Positions 11,601 to 21,800 of a stretch of 64,000 nt of DNA are shown one piece after another. The translations under genes were made by a program, and so were the position numbers. The DNA lies in the IMG/VR virus record IMGVR_UViG_3300012983_000037, positions 35,870-99,869 of that record; one strand, given 5' to 3'. The number at the start of each line of letters is the position of its first letter. Position 1 is the first letter of the stretch. The DNA is from a virus. Its lineage: Duplodnaviria > Caudoviricetes. The notes under the pieces were generated by a model, which saw only the letters and a program-made list of their open reading frames with translations, ran no database searches and was not told the DNA's origin.

Positions 11601-13448
11601 AATGCTTTAGTTGCATGTGAAAGAGAGATATTTACAAATACTAAAGCTAAAGAAGCACTTAGGAAAAACATAAAATCATCAAATGATAAAGATGTTAGGG
11701 CAGCTAGTAAGTTTATAGAGGACAAAATAAATGGTATATTTAGAGGATTCTTAAACTTACAAAAACCTAGAGGTCAGGAGTCAAGATTAAAATTTGAGAC
11801 AGTAATAACAAAAGATGCAGAAGGAAAACCTGTATTAAATATTTATATTAAAGATTCCTACACAAATAGTGATATATATAATACAAAAATTTCAGTAGAT
11901 GCACTATTTGAAAAAGACTCTCAACAGAGAAGGACATTTTTACAGGATATACTTTTCAACACAATTCTTAAAGAAGAGAATGGAAGTTATACTTACAGAG
12001 TGTATAAAGATGATTTTGGAAAGGTTATACCTATAGTCAAGATGCAGGTTAACTATAAGATGTTTAACGGAACATTAGGATCTACAAAGGATTATAGAAA
12101 ACACATCTTTATGTCAGGTGTATTAAGCACAGATGCTAGTTGGGAATCTAGGAAGGTAGAAGGTGTTGAATCTAGACAGATAAGAGATAAAAAAGATAAA
12201 CCTACTACTGAGACTCAAAGAGATGGATCTGAAAAAGAAGTAGTAGAAAATACACCAACAATTGTAGAAGCTACTGAAGCTGTTCAAAAAGCTTTAGATA
12301 TTCTTTCTAACTTTAAGCATAAAGGAATTTCTTCTGTAGAAGAAGCTAGAAGTACTGGAGCACATGGTGTTACAACATTTATAAGTGATAGTAATAGTAA
12401 GACACTTACTAAAGAATCTCTTATAGCAACCGAAATAGGAACATCTTTAGACTTTGTTGTAAGAAAGTATATTGAATTAGGTGGTGATGCAGATGCTACA
12501 TTTAGTTTTATTTATGATACTTATTCTAAACATACTTTAAAAGGTAAAAGAGTATCACCAATTCAAGGTCTTGATTGGGGAATGCTTAGAAGTTTTATAG
12601 ATAATATAAAAACTTTAAAAGACACTCTTGAAGCTAGAGGTGAATTTATAGTGCCTTTTGATACTATATTTAGAGAAGTGCTGAAATCTGAAGGTGGTAA
12701 ATATGCTAATCTTACTGCTATTCCAGATATTATAACTATAGATTCTAAAGGTCAGCTGCATATATATGATATGAAATCATATTTAGCATCTGGAATTTCA
12801 GTAGGTAGATATAAAGGTATGAATACTGGAACTGAAGTGAAAGTAGCTAGAGGTGCTTACTTTGATGAAAATATTGGTAAGGGTGGTAAGTGGCAACAGC
12901 AAGTATCTTTATATGCCCATATAATAGAACAAGCTACTGGATTAAAAGTAGCATCAGTAGGTATCTTACCTATACCTGTAAGATATAAAACAGCTGGTGT
13001 TAATGTAACAGACACTAAAATTGAAGCTATTGGACTAACACCTGTGAGAGCTCTTACTACTACAACTGGAGACCAGTTTAAATTAGAAAGAGTACCTACA
13101 TTTACAAGTGATGCTATAAGAATGGATATTCTTAAGTTATCAGAAATTAAATCTTCTATGTGGATGGATAGTATGGTTTTCATAGAACCAGCTGAACCTA
13201 TTACTGATGATGAGGTACTTAATGATAATGAAGCAGCAGTTGAAGTTGCAGAAGAAACTAAAGTTCAAGAAGAAGAAGGTATTGAAGTAATAGTTGAAAA
13301 GATAGAAGAGGATCAACCTGGCAGTGATGATACAGGGCTTGATGACTTAGGAGGTACAGGAAGGTTTACTAGAAGAAGGAATGGTAGAGAGAGAAGGAAT
13401 TCTGAGGGAACTAATCCAAAAGCTCTTAAAATATTCAAATGCTTATAA
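5637..13448 (+). CDS. Giant virion cargo protein with C-terminal PD-(D/E)xK nuclease-like domain
   Basis: 2603 aa; hydrophobic Gly/Ala segments, ISEGFEE motif, IPDIITIDSKGQLHIYDMKS...QQQVSLY nuclease motif. Confidence 0.65.
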   Translation: MGNPQSNIKELEQKLGKYNNSLNNIKDFSAEDYYNYVDDNYNYFASTGEDPSVYYARKVFGEKTTEAGGTYDQEYAKKLTLDQLISAIDSVSNAGSIKPVDTENEEETVSNVLDDDSNTPAVPLVPVKDPIAEHVDSLEFDFTRPLFEEAFPEYSFLSGVDDKPITSIVERRYSGDPRSMNYIRDEVEFADSHHYAGDKYYDNPGEARYTLASLEATQTGKSINSTLSSKYGTSDSDILGMDVPDEMLQYVIKYSDLDWENLTPSEELVEMMNSEGRVQGGKPLTLAELKKIKKEYDKSKLYKEELATREKHKKQREAFGKLPGPEQDRIMREYTTLRDEYNKEALSQEELSYLFERINVEKATGTAEGKTADDYYSEILQKIMGGSYTTKVPMRDGSVKDVTIRINPDIYVKLYDELGSAVSQYYKDNYSNTDYNSAEYMAKLQEVAYFLANSALNGEEAAVGKLAEVLNPKVVTVHESLPWWQHALTFGAYTDSGWGHALLGFKKNIISTGAYLLGVLEGTGVAAYDLFGGDTPEYMKDLGFFERWGAYIGTSNMSEWGYGIQNTGLLPFHDQYDLALEHGVDVTRYDGHWAGFWNFMGDTGFSTAAAILSGGATALARWSTKQFSKLTAKAVAKEVMKQTTANTINKTAGILTTIGAATLVAAPEAIGNGLDVYHSVVNKGLDLLNKDIQKKVNNDFTLKEGYGISLNPEDLKNAFNDKEIYNYLKNNSSILDEMEEFYTFMQSDEFKEGYAKGEYTQEWINANYSILVEKLDKELNKAKEVWGDTKYSDFIKQSEQTIETNAWQSFAGAAAVDLVIVSVTDLFFSKVLAPSLGSLADRVGIPGRLNGRGRLLNTVITDGNPMVEATKYNMTGRFLTDVISEGFEELNTYATDETAKALGILDISNYFYNSNRAESDATLGYGIWENMSAVAGAFGDAWFSKEGWKCFGQGALGAFVGSLGGFAGSGTKMKADLQIATNGWEKFSAVAGNIWRSPIFYHTIDRRRHIVESNKAVQVVTEHLENNPEFVEALSSTEAALSYMNRYFNALVNADALEMEENEFSMYVAQANVLAKLKGTTVGDAFFKRIKELQDATIDSELGQQIADRYIELLDVSDKSEYLEDKSKALEEAKKNINKFAEVQKGVVDMLSKMDIDYGYAVDDRTKEAIAYTYMAQENREKMLAEREDIIKEALTKKSIAKDKTPISGLSEEQKNAVAKFGTYENAVAELEKLKAQKANKYLIQEAKEAVKLLKEFKDTETPVLNITEILQMSPSERAEFFRGRTKFSEKQKAVINKFKASGLGRHVQSAIEDAGKIQEKLDANQSIIDGLESSSVNIFRLQNTVLANNLITSARRKAGHLNTANTYEEFSKGLDGLIETGVLTPEESAIIGTHVITEDKAKEFYKKYSKEISVARSNRVMLQKLTIKVSNKKTKGIVMEVLERLSGQMRSEDDRYKFSDAENLFTDGGFIETIKTKYKVDWNTVTEREQHRILSEVKKGIDAANKALTNRQDFNTRFNTGHKDRPARRKTTKYDLFNRDVYESAKDMYDIIFGKVSRIIKGENVKLTPMEVYQLACLFDGNMLTAPIDVDTVVVKGLPTSLKSVEDLATLARVLEGRADIYEDTYDVFAQFLDGVVKWIDMCSDTVTPYQVIGSAAAELNPSMKGLFDNKSKEDVKKYERGINFKDGTRGTTITVIPPGNSALTEAQSKWYEENGVEDNIKYLLDTRSRKDVRLILVKNSELYEAEATYDDDNLPLAVAVIVPKGTKNSVEVDGVNIIYVGIAGNSRQGVSEKANILNAIRDNLLANNDDSKSWVIRYSDTNNPVEFGGWNFTYQKYKDGIITNLRERILSKYSHLEESEREEAAYRDFCLNTVKVNCKYDVEDGVQVFKISYTWNGQDYTEKFNVTEEKVKELNESGRTEDKFSMIAYIEPNSASNQPICNLLTYDFYDTSYLGNNIAEVYDLIQKGEINIFSKEFEDSPLALVHNALVACEREIFTNTKAKEALRKNIKSSNDKDVRAASKFIEDKINGIFRGFLNLQKPRGQESRLKFETVITKDAEGKPVLNIYIKDSYTNSDIYNTKISVDALFEKDSQQRRTFLQDILFNTILKEENGSYTYRVYKDDFGKVIPIVKMQVNYKMFNGTLGSTKDYRKHIFMSGVLSTDASWESRKVEGVESRQIRDKKDKPTTETQRDGSEKEVVENTPTIVEATEAVQKALDILSNFKHKGISSVEEARSTGAHGVTTFISDSNSKTLTKESLIATEIGTSLDFVVRKYIELGGDADATFSFIYDTYSKHTLKGKRVSPIQGLDWGMLRSFIDNIKTLKDTLEARGEFIVPFDTIFREVLKSEGGKYANLTAIPDIITIDSKGQLHIYDMKSYLASGISVGRYKGMNTGTEVKVARGAYFDENIGKGGKWQQQVSLYAHIIEQATGLKVASVGILPIPVRYKTAGVNVTDTKIEAIGLTPVRALTTTTGDQFKLERVPTFTSDAIRMDILKLSEIKSSMWMDSMVFIEPAEPITDDEVLNDNEAAVEVAEETKVQEEEGIEVIVEKIEEDQPGSDDTGLDDLGGTGRFTRRRNGRERRNSEGTNPKALKIFKCL

Positions 13449-13449
13449 T

Positions 13450-13483
13450 AAAAAAAAGAGTGGGAAATCCCCACTCTTTTTTT
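13450..13483. terminator. Bidirectional intrinsic terminator
   Basis: A-tract, GAGTGGG-AAATC-CCCACTC, T-tract, between convergent giant genes. Confidence 0.9.
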
Positions 13484-16400
13484 ATTGTCCTTTCATCTTC
13501 ATGAAATTAGATCTTCTATCAGCAACTTTAAAAGCATCTTGAACCTGATAGCCAGTTCTTCCTTCTATTTCAGAGCTATCCATATTATCAAGCTCTTCTT
13601 GTGTAGGAGGAAGTATATATCCGTAATCATCAGTTTCTAAGAATACCTTATTTAAAAAGAAATTATAAAACTTACTTCTAACTTTATTACTAAAATTAGG
13701 ATCATCAGTATGCGTTGCTAAATCTGCTATATCCATAATACCGTCTAGAACCATCATAGCATCATTATATCTGAAACCTATAGTTCCTATGTCTTCCACA
13801 TTCTGAATTAGAGATGTCATACCTTGAAGCTCTTCAGCATTCTTCTTAGCAAAATAATACATAATACCAGTCATTTTATATGCTGCAGACTCAGTATCAT
13901 AACCAATACCTTTGTATACTTGACTAAGTAGATGTCTTGATAATAACTCCATATCCTGTGCTCTTGTAAAATTAAACCGTTTATCTTTTGAATAAACTGT
14001 TGTCCAATCAAATTCACCGTTTTCAGATTTCGAGCTATCAGAATTATACATCATTCTAGAAGTCTCATTATCTTCAAAGTTATGGTAGCTAAGAAATTCA
14101 TTATAACTCATTTTAACTTTAGTACTACCATCTTTCATAACTGGAGCCATATCTTTATAGTCAATTAGAAGCTCTATATGACTAGCTACATCAGAACTAA
14201 TACCGTTATTAGTAGCAGCTTTTGATAATGCTTCTTTAGGTTCTAAACCTTCAAGTAGTAAATCAGAATACTCAGATAAGAATGTAGAAAATAACTCTAA
14301 AGAGTGTGCTGGATCCTTTTCAAAATCGTCAATACTTTGTATAACTCCTAACAAGTAATCAGATTTAGTTAAATAATTTGATAAGCTCTCTTTAATTTTA
14401 TCATTATTAATAACGGGTTTGTTAAGAGCATCAAATATTATATGAGTCTTTAGGCATCCTCCTGTTATCCTATCCATTGTATCATATAAATACTGATCTA
14501 TGTCAAAATCCATTATATTAAACTTACTACTAACTTTACTAAAATCTCCTGTAGAGTATCCTAACTGTTTAGCAGCTTCTTCAGGTTTTCTAGGTGCGAA
14601 CATACCTAATATTACATATGCAAAGAACCAGAATAATAAGTCATTTCCAAATTCATACATTCTCTTAATCATTTGGTCTGTATAACCACCTTTCTTAAGA
14701 ACTTGTTGTACTCTAGGTATTTTTGTAAACTGTTGAAGAACAGGAAGATTAAGAGCAGCTATACTTAACCATAAGACTACAGATTTTTTCTTTCTATCCA
14801 AAGTATTAGCATCATACATAGGCATCATAAGATTTAACCAAGAAAATGCTACAGTCCTCATTTTAGATGGTACATACTCCTCTTTAAGAACATCGTATCC
14901 ACTATTCCAGTTTCTGTTAGCATCACCAATCATATAACCAGTGTATAACGCCATACTTTTCAACATAAAGTCTTCTTGAATATGAGCTTTAACATCAGAA
15001 TAATAAGTACCTTGAGTCTCTACATTTTCTGATAATAAGCTATCTGACACAGAGAAAAGATCACTTTCCTTCCATAACATTCCGTCAATAGCTTCTTTAA
15101 TTAATGTTTGAGCATCTGTTAAAGAAATAAAGTTTCCATACTCATCCATTAATGAAATACCCATCTCATTAAAAACTTTATATAAGTTATCAGTAAAAGT
15201 ATTATTAGATAGTAAATCAACTAAATTCCTATATATACCTGAACCTAGCTTTTCAGGGTCTGAATTCTCTTCGATAGCTAAGTTAATTTTATCTAAGAAC
15301 TTTTTAAGAAAAAGATACTTAACAGTATCCTCTTTTCTTCTTAAGAATGAGTTAGATATATAAAATCCTTCCTGTGTATTACCTTCTTCATCCTTTTTAC
15401 TAAAATGGTATATGCTTCTTAAAGACTTAGTTTTGCTCTTCCCATTAATCATATATTCAATAGAGTCATAGTCAGAATCTTCAAGTATACTGTCTATACT
15501 ACCATATCTCTTTTCTATTTCAGCTATTGTATCACTAACTTCACTACCATTATAGTGATCTAGCATAGCAAGATATACAGCCTCTTGTCCTACAGCATCT
15601 CCTAAAGCATACAGCTCCATAGGCTTATCAACTAAGATATTTCTGATAATAGGATTATTCCTATCTTCCCATATAACCCTTCTATTATAAGCTCCACTAA
15701 TATGATGAAGAATCATCTTATCCCTTCTTCTGCCTCTACCTAAAAATGTATTACCAATAAGTCTGAAGAATACAGTCCTTGGAAGCCTTCTTAAATACCC
15801 CCAGAAACTATAATGCTTAGATATTACAGCGTTTCTCAAGTAGTTAGTACTTGATTGAAAGAAGTTACTAATCATACTCTTCACACTCAACCATATAGTA
15901 CCCATGACAAATATACTCTGAGTAAGATTCTTAACTACTCCCAAAGCTTTCCTAGCTAACTTCTCGTCTCTACTAGAGAAAGGATTGTCTTCGCCATAGA
16001 ATAGCCTATTTAAATGAGTATCTAAGATACCTTGATAAGCTTTTACATTATCCTCATCTTCCTGAGATTTTCTAATAGATACTCTATGTTCAAGAGCGTA
16101 CTTTGTGGCATACAATCTATTAACATTACTCTTTAACTCACTGTACCTTACAGCCATTACAGTGTAATCCTTTAAGGTTTTAACAATATTAGATGAAGGA
16201 TTAGCTATTCTTTTTACTCCATATATAGGAAGCTTAGCAAAAGATTCATCAGCCTCTGCTAATGCTGATGCATACATACTAGAGCCTTCAATACCTAATT
16301 CGAAATCACTTTCAGATTCTGTTAAACCACCATTAAGAGCCTTCTTAAAAGAGTAATCAAAAAGATGTTTCTTAGTTGAAATCTGAGGAATTCTATTACC

Positions 16401-18815
16401 TCTAACTAAAGATCTTCCACTTGAATCAGTGAGAAGAGAGTCAACCATACTTTTATATTCAGTAAGTGCTTTTAGTAAAACAAGTTGCTTCTTAGCAGTT
16501 TCATCACCTTCATCAGCAGCTCTTCTAATTTCCTCATACTGAGAACTAACATATACACCATCTTCATAGTCAGGATTTAAAACCCTTAAACCTGTTTTTG
16601 GATCTTCAATCCAAGATTCTTCTTCGAATATTCTAAGTTTATCACTCTCTTCTATTTGTTTATTAATATAAACTCTTTCACTTCTTTTAGTTTTGAACTC
16701 TTCTTTATGATCTTTTATATATTCTACACACTCAGCAACAATCTCTTTTATAATCTTATGTCTCAGTTCTTCATATTTCCAAGTATTACAAGGAGATATG
16801 AAATTTCCCATAAGTTTACCTTTATCATCCCTCTCTATAAGATCAGACATATCACTAGAATAGCCTAGTTCAGATGCAAGCCTTTCTATAGTATTCATCT
16901 TTGCTTGAAAATCTGTTTCAACCCTTCTATTAATATTTCTATTAATGTCTTTTGTCCATTTTCTAATGTAAGAAACTGCTGTGTCTTTAAGTTTAGTTGG
17001 AATTCTAAAGAGCCTTCCAAGCCAACCATCTGAATAATATATATAGTTTATTAAATCTTTTGTTTGTATTTCTTCATCTCCTATATATAATCCAAAATGT
17101 TTCTTTTTATTCTCTGTAGCATCTTCAATAATCTCCTCTTCAGAATATGTATCATCTTTTTTCTTTTTCTTGCTCTTTTTATCTTTCTTAGGGAAGAATA
17201 CAAAACTCATTTTACCCTTTAATATGATACTGTCTTTACCTGCAATCTCTATAAGTAATTCATTACCAATTTTTCTACACTCATCTAAAACACACTTTTC
17301 AGCAGCTTCAATTATTAATCTAAAATTAGTTGAAGATTCAGATAATCTACCAGAGCCTTTTAGAAATGTAGAACCTGTATAAGTATCTAAAAATTCTCGT
17401 AATCCAGGATTTTCTTTAGCAACTCTTTCTAAGGCTGACTCAATTGTAGACAATGCATCTGCATAGCTAGCTAAAGACCTTACAGCAGCATAAACATCTT
17501 CATCATACACACCACTATTATAATCAGGGCTGCCATATAATTCTTGAAGACCAGCATATACATTCTCCATTTCATCTATAAGTACAATAGCCATCTCCTG
17601 AAGTAAATAACCAGCTGTATTAAAATCCATTTCATAATCAGAAGGTGATATATTAGCATTTAAAATATCCTGTATCTTCTGATTATTCATTAAGATTTTA
17701 TATAATTCAGTACTGGTTGTGTGTAATCTATTTCTAAGATTCTTTATTGCTATTTTAGCTGTAACAATTGCATTGTTAATAGTATGTGTAGAATCTACTG
17801 AATATAAAGTCATAGGAACATTTAAAGCAGTATCTAAATTAGATTTTCCAGACATAAACTCATTTGCTATTTGTTTTGCCATAAGCTTAACTTCCATTCT
17901 TTTAGCTAAGAGCGACTCTGGTTTAATCTTATTAACTATACTAAATATAAATCCTTTAACTCTATTTAGAAATCCACCAAATCTATATACATTTGCACCT
18001 TTAAATTGTTTAGCAAGTATTCTACCTGCAGCTTCATAGACATTAGTATGTAAGCCCGCATCAATTTCCTCTTGTGTAAATATACCCATAGCTAATACAA
18101 CCTCTTCATCCCTGCATAGCTCTATAAGTCTAGAAACTTGAGACGAATCATGTAAAGCTGCAATAGCAAAGTGAGCTGCCTCTTCTTTAAGAGCATCTGC
18201 CATAGAATCTCCTCTAGCTAAAGTAATCAGGTGATACATACCATCTGCTGCTTTAGTAGGGTTTTCAGTAGAATATTTACCGTTATATGGAGAGCCTTCC
18301 TCCATAAAATCAACTCTTACACCTACTTTATTTAATTCATCAACAATCATTGTCTGAATTCCCTGTTCCTCAAGTACCTTCTCAAAAGCTACTTGATTTT
18401 CAGAAGTGTTTTTTACTACACTTAACCTATACTTTTTACCTTCTTTAGTTAGAATTGCTAAATAATCAGAGCCATATTCTGATCTATTAAACTCTCTAGC
18501 TTTTTGAAGACCTTCAGTATAGTCATAGACTCCACTACCAATATCCCTATTAAGCTTTTTGATAATAGTTTCACCAGTAGGATCTAGTTGAGCAACTTTG
18601 ATGAGAGAATGGAGAGTAATTTCCCCATTCTCATCAAAAGTTACATTTTCTTTTATACTGTCTAGAAATTCTTGGTCAGTAGCTACAAAGTAATCTCTCT
18701 TAGCAGCCTCCCTATCATTGTTATGATAGTCAAGTAACTCTCTAAATAAGATACTATCAACTTCCTGACCTTCTTTGTTTCTTACAGTAGGAATAATGTT
18801 ACAATAATTAGCCAT
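13482..18815 (-). CDS. Giant virion/RNAP-associated cargo protein with degenerate zincin-like motif
   Basis: About 1777 aa from likely ATG 18815 (just after the RNAP stop); LKEEAAHF resembles a HExxH variant; hydrophobic C-terminal segments. Confidence 0.55.
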   Translation of the reverse strand: MANYCNIIPTVRNKEGQEVDSILFRELLDYHNNDREAAKRDYFVATDQEFLDSIKENVTFDENGEITLHSLIKVAQLDPTGETIIKKLNRDIGSGVYDYTEGLQKAREFNRSEYGSDYLAILTKEGKKYRLSVVKNTSENQVAFEKVLEEQGIQTMIVDELNKVGVRVDFMEEGSPYNGKYSTENPTKAADGMYHLITLARGDSMADALKEEAAHFAIAALHDSSQVSRLIELCRDEEVVLAMGIFTQEEIDAGLHTNVYEAAGRILAKQFKGANVYRFGGFLNRVKGFIFSIVNKIKPESLLAKRMEVKLMAKQIANEFMSGKSNLDTALNVPMTLYSVDSTHTINNAIVTAKIAIKNLRNRLHTTSTELYKILMNNQKIQDILNANISPSDYEMDFNTAGYLLQEMAIVLIDEMENVYAGLQELYGSPDYNSGVYDEDVYAAVRSLASYADALSTIESALERVAKENPGLREFLDTYTGSTFLKGSGRLSESSTNFRLIIEAAEKCVLDECRKIGNELLIEIAGKDSIILKGKMSFVFFPKKDKKSKKKKKDDTYSEEEIIEDATENKKKHFGLYIGDEEIQTKDLINYIYYSDGWLGRLFRIPTKLKDTAVSYIRKWTKDINRNINRRVETDFQAKMNTIERLASELGYSSDMSDLIERDDKGKLMGNFISPCNTWKYEELRHKIIKEIVAECVEYIKDHKEEFKTKRSERVYINKQIEESDKLRIFEEESWIEDPKTGLRVLNPDYEDGVYVSSQYEEIRRAADEGDETAKKQLVLLKALTEYKSMVDSLLTDSSGRSLVRGNRIPQISTKKHLFDYSFKKALNGGLTESESDFELGIEGSSMYASALAEADESFAKLPIYGVKRIANPSSNIVKTLKDYTVMAVRYSELKSNVNRLYATKYALEHRVSIRKSQEDEDNVKAYQGILDTHLNRLFYGEDNPFSSRDEKLARKALGVVKNLTQSIFVMGTIWLSVKSMISNFFQSSTNYLRNAVISKHYSFWGYLRRLPRTVFFRLIGNTFLGRGRRRDKMILHHISGAYNRRVIWEDRNNPIIRNILVDKPMELYALGDAVGQEAVYLAMLDHYNGSEVSDTIAEIEKRYGSIDSILEDSDYDSIEYMINGKSKTKSLRSIYHFSKKDEEGNTQEGFYISNSFLRRKEDTVKYLFLKKFLDKINLAIEENSDPEKLGSGIYRNLVDLLSNNTFTDNLYKVFNEMGISLMDEYGNFISLTDAQTLIKEAIDGMLWKESDLFSVSDSLLSENVETQGTYYSDVKAHIQEDFMLKSMALYTGYMIGDANRNWNSGYDVLKEEYVPSKMRTVAFSWLNLMMPMYDANTLDRKKKSVVLWLSIAALNLPVLQQFTKIPRVQQVLKKGGYTDQMIKRMYEFGNDLLFWFFAYVILGMFAPRKPEEAAKQLGYSTGDFSKVSSKFNIMDFDIDQYLYDTMDRITGGCLKTHIIFDALNKPVINNDKIKESLSNYLTKSDYLLGVIQSIDDFEKDPAHSLELFSTFLSEYSDLLLEGLEPKEALSKAATNNGISSDVASHIELLIDYKDMAPVMKDGSTKVKMSYNEFLSYHNFEDNETSRMMYNSDSSKSENGEFDWTTVYSKDKRFNFTRAQDMELLSRHLLSQVYKGIGYDTESAAYKMTGIMYYFAKKNAEELQGMTSLIQNVEDIGTIGFRYNDAMMVLDGIMDIADLATHTDDPNFSNKVRSKFYNFFLNKVFLETDDYGYILPPTQEELDNMDSSEIEGRTGYQVQDAFKVADRRSNFMKMKGQ

Positions 18816-18817
18816 GT

Positions 18818-21800
18818 TTAACAAACACCTTTTTCTTTACTTTTCTTTTCTATATCTGTTGTTCTTCTTAATCTTTCAAATACACTAGAAGGACCTGTAG
18901 GCTCTGAAGATTCATCTTCAACTTCTCCTATATGATCGTCAGTATATACCTCAGAAACTGAGAACGCACTTCCTGAAGACTTTACATCTCCGTAAATATA
19001 ACCACCAGAACCTTTAGTTATAACATCTGAAAATGCTGCAACTTTAGAATCTATGTTATTTATTACTTCCTCATATATAAGAGAAGTCCTTTTTCCTACA
19101 TCACAAGAATACTCATTTTGACCTCCTTTAAATCCTTGAAGTTCATAGAGCCTTCCGTCTATTGTGATATAAGGCATAGCGATTCTTCTATCTCCACCTC
19201 CATCTTTAATAGTTTTGACAATTAGTTTTAAACCATCTTTACCAACAGTAACTACATTCTTTTCAGTACTTTCAGTAGGCACAAATAATGATTTAGTAGC
19301 CTCTGTGACTTTGAATACATAATTACTATTATCAGTATGTTGCTTTATAAATTCGCCGAAGACATTGAATATATTAACACCTTCCATAATTTTACTTATA
19401 GATGTTGTTTCATCTGATTCAACTCTTAGCTCATCCATAAACTTGATATATCCAATTCCAGTGGTATAATCAACTAAACAAGCCTCCAATACATTCATAG
19501 GAACAGAAGATAAACTAAAGTTAGATGATTGAGAAAGACCATTAAGATAGTACATATGTAAGAATAATGCTTTTGCAAAATTCTGTAATGCTACATTCTT
19601 AACAACCTCTCCATACTCATTCTCATACTCAGCATTGAATAAGGTTTGCCACTCATTATATATAGTAGCTTTTTGCTCCTTAGTAAGGTTGAAAGGGATA
19701 CTTAAATTGTATACCTCATACTCATGAGGTGTTCTTCTACCATCTTCATCAATAGTATATTCTGTAACAGTAGATATTTTAATGTTATTAAACAGTTCTG
19801 TTCTTTTAAGTGCAGTTAAATCATCTTCACTTAAAGCTTCCACAAACTGATCAAAACCTCTAACATATCTATCAAAGTTAGTTATACCATCAACTTCAGC
19901 AAAAGGATTAAAATCACCATTCAAATCTTTAATAATAAGTCTAGTTATTTCACTAGCCATATCATTATAAACATCCTTACTTACACTTCCATACCTACTC
20001 CATAATCTAGCTGTAGCAAAAGCATCACTAAAAGTCTTCTCATGAAAAGGTGTATATTGATCTATCAAAGTATCAAACATATCTGCAGTAAGATTATACA
20101 TAATAACCTCAAAAGCATATGGATGATCTGCAAACATTTCAAATAAACCTTGTCTATCCTCCAGTGAATCTATTTGCATTTTTACTCTAGGCATAACATC
20201 TCCAGAATACTCATCACTAACAGTGATAGCAATACTACTATCTTTAACTCTATGAGACTGCCTTCTATCAGCATCTGCAAAATGAGAACCTATATCAGTT
20301 TTTACTGAATTTGAAGAAGTGTTTCTAGATTCCTGTACTAAAGCAGCAAAATCCTCTTTAACTTTCATAAGTTCATAGAATACTTTAACTACTTCAGATT
20401 GAGAAGTTTTGTAATGTTCAGTACTACCAGCCGCTTTGGTAATGTTATATGCTAAAGCCTCTCTAGTCATATGTTTAAGATTAACAGGTTTAGCTTTCTT
20501 ACCTGTAAGTTTACTCATACTTTCCATGCCATGACTCTTAAGTACTATATCAAGTGCTGTATAGAGACTTGTAATACCATCTCTTTCCATAAGAGTAGTA
20601 GCTTCTTTAATAATAGGCTGATTAAACAAAAGACCAATATCTTTAGTATCATAACCCATTCTTACAAGAACTACAGCAGCATCTGCAGTTACAGTATTAA
20701 GATTTAAGTATGCTAAAACAGGTTCCTTTACTGCATCCACTGATGCTGCAAGAAGCTCTGCTAATCTCTGGCTAGTTGTCTTACCCATTGATTCAACTAC
20801 AAGCATATCTCTTCCTGCATTTTCATCAACAGCTTTATATACATCACCATCTTTAACAACTTTACTTCCAAATACTATAGCTCTAGGTCCAACCATTCTC
20901 ATACTCTTCAGTTTAGATTGAATAAAGTAGTTAGCAGAAGCATTAGCAAATATACCAATAAGTTTACCAGCTGCTTGATTCAATTTATTATATGCTATAG
21001 AAGTATAAGGATCGTCGAATAGCAGATTTTCAGAAGTTTCAGGAGTTGTTTCTATAACTGATTTCTTAGATAATTCACTAAGATCAACAGTGTGAGAACT
21101 ATTATCTACCTGAGGACTATCAGAATCTAATTCTTGGATTATAGTAGCAAATTTAGCATCAATAATAGTATCTTCAAAACCACCTGCAGTAAATCTAGAT
21201 TGTGCTGTTTCAGGATCTGATAATCTAGCTTGCATAATATCAAGTATTAAATTATCAATATCACTCTTTTGTACATCACCAGAAAAGACCTTTTCAAAGT
21301 TTATAGAACCATCTGCATTAAAAGCATCTAATACTGTAAATTTAGTAGATTTAATAGTACTTTCATCAGCATATCTAGAGAATACATCATTCTTATTCTC
21401 TTTAATCTTACCGAGTTTAACAGCTCTATCCCAGAACATATTCAAAGGAATAACCTTAGGTATTTCAAGACCTCTCTTTTCATACTTAGATTTTAAACCT
21501 TCAAGATATTCTGTAGGTGCTGTATCTCTTAACTCTGTAAGAATAGATGCCCACTCTGGGTTTTCTTCAAATACTTTATCCCATACCTTTTTAGTATCAT
21601 ACTCACTAATGGTTGAATCAAAGCTTCTTCTCACAAGATAAAGCTTATCAATATCAAAGTCAAAACCAGCTCTTGTAGTACAGATATTAGGAAGCTGAAT
21701 ATAGTTAGCTCCTGACTTAGGACAACATCTTTTAATTCTAAGATTAAGCATTGAGTACTCTCTCTCAGTTGGAATTCTATATGCAACCAATTCAAGAATA